Shown in pieces: positions 57,224 through 64,000 of a stretch of DNA of 64,000 nucleotides. The notes below the pieces were generated by a model, which did no database searches, had not been told where the DNA came from, and saw nothing but the letters and a program-made list of their open reading frames with translations. Location of the stretch: positions 352,001 to 416,000 of the forward strand of contig CAVQNT010000002.1 of NCBI GenBank assembly GCA_963714275.1, read 5' to 3'. This DNA comes from Candidatus Bathyarchaeota archaeon. Lineage in GTDB: Archaea; Thermoproteota; Bathyarchaeia; Bathyarchaeales; DTEX01. How positions within the stretch are numbered: the stretch's first letter is position 1; each line of letters opens with the position of its first letter. Both the position numbers and the translations under genes were made by a program.

Positions 57224-57664
57224 TCACGAAACTCTGTTATTGTGCAAGTTAGCTAGGCACTGATCACAGTATCTATATATATCCAAGCGTTGCCCAATAG
57301 GTTTGAATCCGAGATCCCCAATTATTTGAGACCAAAGTTTTTTAATACTTTCCGCTTGGTAATCTTGGATCTTTCCACAGTTCCTACAGATAATGTTGAT
57401 GTGAGGTGAAGTATCAGGATCATATCTGGAGATCCCATCAGTAAATCCCAGTTCTTGCAGCATCCCGATTTCTGTGAGAAGACCCAATGTCTGATATACA
57501 GTTGCCAAACTCAGCGTTGGATACTTCTTCTTCACCACTTGATATACTTGGTCAGCTGTTGGGTGGTCCTTGCTTGAGAGGATAAACTCGCAAATTGCTA
57601 TTCGTTGAGGTGTAACCCTGAAACCTTTCTCTCGAAGCTTGGCAATGAGTTGCTGATTTTTCAT
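57224..57664 (-). CDS. Fur/PerR-family regulator
   Basis: RVTPQR, HPTA, SLATVYQTL, HINIICRNCG, CDQC. Confidence 0.92.
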   Translation of the reverse strand: MKNQQLIAKLREKGFRVTPQRIAICEFILSSKDHPTADQVYQVVKKKYPTLSLATVYQTLGLLTEIGMLQELGFTDGISRYDPDTSPHINIICRNCGKIQDYQAESIKKLWSQIIGDLGFKPIGQRLDIYRYCDQCLANLHNNRVS

Positions 57665-57781
57665 AGCTATGAATTACTTATGTAGTTACCTAAAACGTTT
57701 TCTAAAAAATAACAAGACTTAAATAATAATGATTACAATCTATTCCTGACACAAATTACTATAATTGGAGATAATAAGATA

Positions 57782-59230
57782 ATGGAAAAAAAGAAATACT
57801 TGACAACAAACCAAGGCGTACCAATCACTGACAATCAAAACTCATTAACTGTCGGCGAACGAGGTCCTGTTTTGCTGCAGGATGTACAGTTCATTGAGAA
57901 GATGGCACACTTTGACAGAGAACGCATCCCCGAGAGAGTTGTCCATGCGAAGGGAGCAGGAGCACATGGCTACTTTCAGGTCTACAAGAGCATGGCACCA
58001 TACACAAAGGCGAAATTCCTCCAAGACCCAGAGAAAAAAACTCCTGTGTTCTTAAGATTTTCAACTGTAACCGGAGGAAGAGGATCCGCTGACACGGTGC
58101 GAGATCCACGTGGATTTGCCGTAAAGTTCTACACTGAAGAAGGCAACTACGACCTTGTTGGAAACAATCTTCCCGTGTTTTTCATCAGAGACGCCATCAA
58201 ATTTCCAGATATGGTTCATGCATTTAAGGGCGCACCTGACAACAACATGCCATCGTCTTCTTCCTCACACAACAGCTTCTGGGATTTCATATCTTTAACC
58301 CCTGAATCGACCCACATGATCATATGGCTCTTCTCAGACCGTGGGACACCAAAAAGTTACAGGATGACTGAGGGCTTTGGAGTTAACACTTATGTCTGGG
58401 TGAACTCAGAAGGAAAACGGCAGTATGTGAAATACCACTGGAAACCAAAATTGGGAGTTCACAATCTTGACCGTCATGAAGCAACTCGGCTGGCAGGCGT
58501 CGATCCAGACTACCTCACCCGCGATCTCTGGGATACCATAGCCAAGGGTGAAGAGGTTGAGTATGAACTCTGCGTCCAGCTGATGAAAATCGAGGATGAG
58601 TTGAAACAAGATTTTGATCCACTTGATCCAACAAAGACTTGGCCTGAAGACAAATTTCCGCTGATGCCAGTTGGGAAGATGGTGTTGAATCGCAATCCCA
58701 AGAACTTCTTCGCTGAAGTTGAGCAAGCAGCTTTCTGTCCAGCAAGCATTGTTCCGGGAATAGAATTCTCAGCCGACAAGTTGCTTCAGGGCAGAACATT
58801 CTCATATGCGGATACCCAGCGTCATCGATTGGGACCAAACTACCTACAAATTCCAGTAAACCGTCCCACTGTGGAGGTCAACAACAGCCAGCGCGATGGG
58901 TCAATGCAAATGGGAGAATACAGTGGTCCTGTGAATTATGAACCAGCAAGCATTGCTGGAGGCTCGCCCGTGGAGGCTCTGTCAGGAACACCATCCACAT
59001 TTCGCGTTGAGGGAGATGTCACCAAAAAGAAGATTAGCAAAACCAACGACTTCCAACAAGCTGGAGAGAAGTATCGTTCCTTAAGCAAGATAGACCAAGA
59101 ACATCTAGTAGATAATCTCATTGCAGATCTTACACCCATAGATAAACAGATCCAGCAACGAGTGATAGCAAATCTGACTAAAGCTGACCCGGAGTTAGGT
59201 AAATCCGTAGCTAAAGGCCTTAAACTCTAA
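57782..59230 (+). CDS. Monofunctional heme catalase
   Basis: FDRERIPERVVHAKG, RDPRGFAVKFYT, QGRTFSYADTQRHRLG. Confidence 0.96.
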   Translation: MEKKKYLTTNQGVPITDNQNSLTVGERGPVLLQDVQFIEKMAHFDRERIPERVVHAKGAGAHGYFQVYKSMAPYTKAKFLQDPEKKTPVFLRFSTVTGGRGSADTVRDPRGFAVKFYTEEGNYDLVGNNLPVFFIRDAIKFPDMVHAFKGAPDNNMPSSSSSHNSFWDFISLTPESTHMIIWLFSDRGTPKSYRMTEGFGVNTYVWVNSEGKRQYVKYHWKPKLGVHNLDRHEATRLAGVDPDYLTRDLWDTIAKGEEVEYELCVQLMKIEDELKQDFDPLDPTKTWPEDKFPLMPVGKMVLNRNPKNFFAEVEQAAFCPASIVPGIEFSADKLLQGRTFSYADTQRHRLGPNYLQIPVNRPTVEVNNSQRDGSMQMGEYSGPVNYEPASIAGGSPVEALSGTPSTFRVEGDVTKKKISKTNDFQQAGEKYRSLSKIDQEHLVDNLIADLTPIDKQIQQRVIANLTKADPELGKSVAKGLKL

Positions 59231-59562
59231 AACTAGATAGCTATCGAGCTTTCCCTTCGGCTAACTGACTTTTCTCATTTTTTAAATAACCTCACTGGAA
59301 TTAACAAGAATTACTTCATCGCCCTCTTCGGCTCCCATTTTATGTGCTGTATTATAACATGGGAACCCTTTTTTAAGTTTCAATATTTTGGGCAGACTAG
59401 CTAGCAGCATATTACTTCACCGCATTTTGGGCACTGCCATTTTTTCTCTTATATCTTCAGGAAATTCGTTATCACAATTTCCACTTCAAAAACAACAGTC
59501 AGCTAGCTTAATTATAGATAAGAGAATGATAAATACAGGATTTCGAGTCAGCTGAAATAAAC

Positions 59563-62211
59563 TTATTGTAACGTGCGCTTACTAGGACCTAGTCGCATCA
59601 ACCTCGGAGCTTCGAGCCAAAATGTTGAGGCGAAAACGACAGACAAAATTTCCAACCATATTAGAAGAGTAAGTGTTGTCGTCTTTATATACGCGAAAAT
59701 GGGGGACACATTGGTTATTAGAAGAGTTAACGTAACCATGCTGATGAGCCAAAAAGTGCCAAAGCGGTTGGAGAAAAATCCCTGCTTTAGAAACGATACC
59801 TTTTCTTGTTTTAAATTAAGCGCCAGAAAGATATGTCCCAGAAGCCACGTTACGAAAGCAGCTGTTTGTGCTAAAACAGCATTACTGGTTTGAAAATAGA
59901 GTGAAATGTATATTGCCAAAATCCCCAGTGTAAGGCCGATTCCATTCTGAAGAATCTTCAGCAAAATGGGATCGCTGAGGTACTCTCTTATTCTCTTGGC
60001 GGATGCTTCATAATATCTGGTTCAGCGACCTCGGTAACGAATATTGTTGATGAGGCTAAATCCATCAAAAGTTCAATTAAAATAATATGAATCGGCGCAA
60101 ATGGGAATGGAATACCTAGAACAAGGGGAACAACGAAGACAGAGAGGAGAATTGCTTTTGCTGAAAGGTAGTACGTTAAACCTTTGCGGAAATTGTCAAT
60201 CGCTTTCCTTCCAATAGCAACTCCATCACGGATGTGGGCGTAGTTGTCATCAGTCAGAATAAGATCCGCAGTCTCTTTAGCAAGATCAGTCCCAATCTCG
60301 CCCATTGCTACGCCCACGTTAGCGGATTTGATTGCGGGAGCGTCGTTGACGCCGTCTCCTATCACCGCCACCTCTTCTCCATGCGATTGAAGAGCCCTGA
60401 CTAGGCGGAGTTTCTGTAAAGGTGATATACGGGCAAAAAGATGAACTGACTTGACTATGTTATCGAGTTCCGTATCATCGATTTTCTCTACCTGATCACC
60501 GGTAATAATTTCGCCGCTTAGTCCTATTTTCTCTGCTACGGCTTTTGTAGTCGCTGGATGATCTCCTGTTACAATAAAGGTCTTAACGCCTGCATCTATA
60601 AGAGATGCAACTGCCTCTCCCGTTCCTTCCCGAATAGGATCTTCAAGAACAGCTAATGCTAAGAAATTTATTCCTTCAAGTTTGTCTTTTTTGGGCGTGT
60701 CTGATTCAAATATGGCATATGCGACAACCCTCTTCCCCAAATTGCCTTCAAGTGCAACGATTTTTTTCAGTCGTTCTTTTTCTTTAAAGTTAAGCGTTGA
60801 GGATTCTATGAGGGATTCCGGCTTTCCAGCAATGGCGTGGAGATAGCCCTCCCTTCCTTTGTAGATTAGTGTACGCCATGGATGCCCTTCCGAAAACCCT
60901 TCATAGGAGAATGGGATTTGCTTCGCTCTAGCGAAGTCTCTTTCAAATATTTGCGCTATCGCTTTATCAGTGGGATCATTAAGATATTCCGGAAGAGCGT
61001 ACGAAATTTTTTCTTGAAGTTCTTGAGGTATTTTTTGTGGGATTATCTTCTTCATATGGAAGAATGAATTTTTCTACTTGCATTTTGTTTTCAGTTAACG
61101 TCCCGGTTTTGTCAGTAACAATTGATGTCACGGACCCAAGCGTCTCAGCACCACGTAAACGCTTCACGACAACATTTTTTTTGGCCAGCTCAAAAGAAGC
61201 GAGTGCTAGTGCCATCGTTATAATAACTGGGGGTTGACCAGGCACCATAAGAAACGTGAGTGCTAGCCACGTTAATACCATTTGTTGAGGGTCAAGCCCG
61301 CGAAGAAAACCAATTAGAGGAATTATGAAACTGACAATAACCACAACCAGTGCTAGGTTTTTCACAAGTTTTGTCATCGCTTGCTGTAATGGAGTCTGTT
61401 CTCTTTGGGCGGTCACTACTTCCTTTGCGATTTTCCCGAATTCACTTTTCTCTCCAATAGCTAAGACTATTGCCTTTCCTTCACCGTCGAGTACAGTTGT
61501 GCCAGAGAAGATGGAGTTGACCCTTTCAGCAATATTCGTTTTTTCTGCAACTTCCGCCCCAGCTTCTTTTCTTACCGAAAGCGATTCACCTGTTAGCGAG
61601 GCTTCATTCACAAGGAGACCGCTTGATTCAATTAATCGGGCATCGACTGCTATGCGAACCCCTGTGGAGAGGATTATCAGATCGCCGACAACTACATCTG
61701 TTGTGGAAATTTCTTGCTCTTTTCCTTCTCTGATTACTTTGGTAGTAGGTTGTGTGAGTTCTCTGAGACGAGCCATTGTGCGATCAGATCGAAATTTGTT
61801 TATGAACTCGATCGAGATGTATGCAGCGACAACAAAGATCATTACCACTCCTTCAACGAGTTCTCTGAAAATAAATGAAATAGCAGCGATCGATAGTAGC
61901 AGAACCATCATCGGCTGTCTAATGCCTTCAAGTACTAGTCTCCAAATACTCGTAGGTTTCAGTTCCTTTAGGACATTAATACCAAAAATCACTCGGTGAT
62001 CTTGAACTTGCTCGATTGACAGACCATTCTTAGGATCGACATTTAAAGTTTCCAGAATTTTTTGTTTTGGTAATGCCCACCAATAAAATAGAGTTGACAA
62101 ATTAATTTTAGAAGATCCTAATTGATTTTTTACTCTATTATTCATCTCTTTCATTTTGATCTTCCTTTTCATCTTGCTTACTTTAAAATAGCTCTTCTCT
62201 TTTAATAACAA
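59563..62211 (-). CDS. Cation-transporting P-type ATPase (P2A-like); frameshifts near 61050 and 59985; true start probably downstream of 62211
   Basis: TGES, DKTGTLT, TGDH, GDGVNDAPA. Confidence 0.9.
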
Positions 62212-62395
62212 TTTCTAGTTTTGATTAATTTTTACTAGCCAGCCTTTAATAAAAAACTCCTCAAGAAAATTGATGAAGAAAGCAAAAAAGCTCGCAGATC
62301 ACGATCAGACTACATACAATTAATTCTTGAAAAACACCTCAATCAACTATACTCATCTGAAGTCGAAAATGCTAGCTGTCACTTGCTAAGGTTAG

Positions 62396-63427
62396 TTAGC
62401 TAGGTATTTTGACGTGAAGGTTTATTGCGATCTCCGCTATGTCAGTCCCGTATTCTGCGATCCTTCTTATGCTCTCAAGGATCAGCCTTATGCCTACAAC
62501 TGTTCTTGCATTAATCTGGAGTTTGAGAAGATTCTCGATTATTGATTCTTCTAATTCGGCTACATTTCTTATCTTGGCTATCGTCTCGTGAACCTGTTCC
62601 GCATCGTACTTGTAAAGTGCTTTTATGGAGTTCTCTTGGATTACTGTTGCAAGATCACTCACAGCTATAAGGTTTTCTATTGTTTGTTCCTCTATTGGAG
62701 TTTCAAGTGTCGAGAGTACCTTAGCGATTCTGGCAGCGTGGTCAGCGCTTCTTTCGATGCTTTTCACTATTAGGCGGTAGCCTAGGCAGTCCCGCGGGTG
62801 TGATAGACCTATCTCCTCTATGAGAAGTCTATTTTCAACTGCAGCCTTTAACTGTCGAACTATGAAAAGGTAGAGTCTATCAACTTCGTCGTCTCTAAGA
62901 ACAATTTCTTGGGCCAAGGCTTTATCGTTGGTTCTTAAGGCTTCGATTGCGTCTTTGAACATGAATGTCATCAATATGTGCATGCGTCTTAGAGCCCTAT
63001 CGAGCGGGAGCTCTACGATTCCAAGAAGACACTGGACAATCATCTCATTTGCTGTTTCCTCCATTATTTCAACACCAATCAGTTTCTGGTGGATGGAGTT
63101 TCTAAGAAAGCCTCTGGTTCTCGCGTCTTTTAGCTTAACCCTGATAATATCGTAACCTGCGAGATAATGTGCAATGAACTCTGTAACAACGGCTTCAGGG
63201 CGGCTTATTTGAGAAGCGTCGAAGATTGACTCTGAAGACTCTTTAGGTTTCAATTCTCCTCGAGGAACTAGAAGCAACGACAAGTCAGGTTGCGAAATTA
63301 GAGCAATTTGGTCTTTAGGTTTCAAGTCAACTGCTTCTATCCATTTCTTGGGAAGTGAAACGACGTAAGTTGAGCCTCCTGTAACTTGAACTTTCCTGAT
63401 CTCGACTGATCGTTCCATGGGTCTCAC
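62396..63427 (-). CDS. phoU: Phosphate uptake regulator (AbrB + PhoU domains)
   Basis: RKVQVTGGSTYVVSLPKKW; RDDEVDRLY; ERSADHA. Confidence 0.88.
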   Translation of the reverse strand: MRPMERSVEIRKVQVTGGSTYVVSLPKKWIEAVDLKPKDQIALISQPDLSLLLVPRGELKPKESSESIFDASQISRPEAVVTEFIAHYLAGYDIIRVKLKDARTRGFLRNSIHQKLIGVEIMEETANEMIVQCLLGIVELPLDRALRRMHILMTFMFKDAIEALRTNDKALAQEIVLRDDEVDRLYLFIVRQLKAAVENRLLIEEIGLSHPRDCLGYRLIVKSIERSADHAARIAKVLSTLETPIEEQTIENLIAVSDLATVIQENSIKALYKYDAEQVHETIAKIRNVAELEESIIENLLKLQINARTVVGIRLILESIRRIAEYGTDIAEIAINLHVKIPS

Positions 63428-63557
63428 ATCATAGACTACATTCTAATCTATAGAGGCTAAATATAAACTTTGGTCATATATAGTTTATGTCCAAAATGTA
63501 TATGTAATTCTTCTCCTTCTCAATAGCAATGAAATACGAAAAAAGGAGGAAAGAAGA

Positions 63558-64000
63558 ATGAATTACAAGAATCTTGCCATGATAGAAACAGTTGCTTTGA
63601 TTGCCGTTATCGCTGGTTCTGGATGGGAAATATACACTCTCAACAGTGCAGTCCAGAATTTCTCTGCGACAGCAACGCTGAGTGGAGCTGGAGCAACATT
63701 TCCTGCACCATTGATTCAAAATTGGACTGAGGAGTACTATGTTTTGACCGGCGTGCAAGTAAACTATAACCCCATCGGCAGTGGCGGAGGCATCCAGCAG
63801 CACACAGCTAAGACTGTGGACTTTGGTGCAACCGACCCTCCAATGACCGACTCAGAGTTCACCGCAGCTTCTGGGACCTTACAAATACCAGACACAATTG
63901 GCGGCGTCGTAATCATATACAATATACTAGGAATATCAACGGAACTCAACTTTACTGGCGAAATAATTGCGGACATTTTCCGACTTGACATAACAAGGTG
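63558..64000 (+). CDS. pstS: Phosphate ABC transporter substrate-binding protein (runs off window end)
   Basis: LSGAGATFPAP, VNYNPIGSGGG, VDFGATDPP. Confidence 0.9.
   Translation, partial: MNYKNLAMIETVALIAVIAGSGWEIYTLNSAVQNFSATATLSGAGATFPAPLIQNWTEEYYVLTGVQVNYNPIGSGGGIQQHTAKTVDFGATDPPMTDSEFTAASGTLQIPDTIGGVVIIYNILGISTELNFTGEIIADIFRLDITR

Noticed and set aside
61325-61999. Long antisense ORFs (also opposite the AAA-Lon, catalase and GH3 genes)
   Set aside because: Shadow ORFs of real genes on the other strand

Overview
Archaeal chromosomal DNA; the gene content (presenilin-like protease, archaemetzincin, geranylgeranyl-reductase family, AbrB-PhoU, solo Cas1) fits a Bathyarchaeia-like organism, but that assignment is inference. 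The window is an accessory-type mosaic of short, functionally unrelated modules: hydrolases, redox and oxidative-stress genes, FeoAB/DtxR, VapBC, AbiV, GH3, LarA, a P-type ATPase and PhoU/PstS. About 15 genes carry small frameshifts, most simply explained by uncorrected long-read errors. No rRNA, tRNA or CRISPR array was seen. Four signals stand out. (1) A dispersed non-coding site with a TTAAA-W-TTTAA palindrome, a purine-rich arm and a (CCCAAA)n arm occurs about 7 times; three copies in direct orientation separate co-oriented single genes at 36.3-39.8 kb, like an integron-style cassette array that includes an AbiV defence gene. (2) Dozens of AGCT-cored multi-frame-stop tracts sit at module junctions, often exactly where genes are truncated. 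(3) There are two remnants of a CRISPR-less Cas1. (4) An operon encodes a CDC48-like tandem AAA+ ATPase fused to a Lon (S16) protease domain, with a membrane partner. Signals 1-3 could reflect an undescribed DNA capture/shuffling system, but chimeric assembly must be excluded first.
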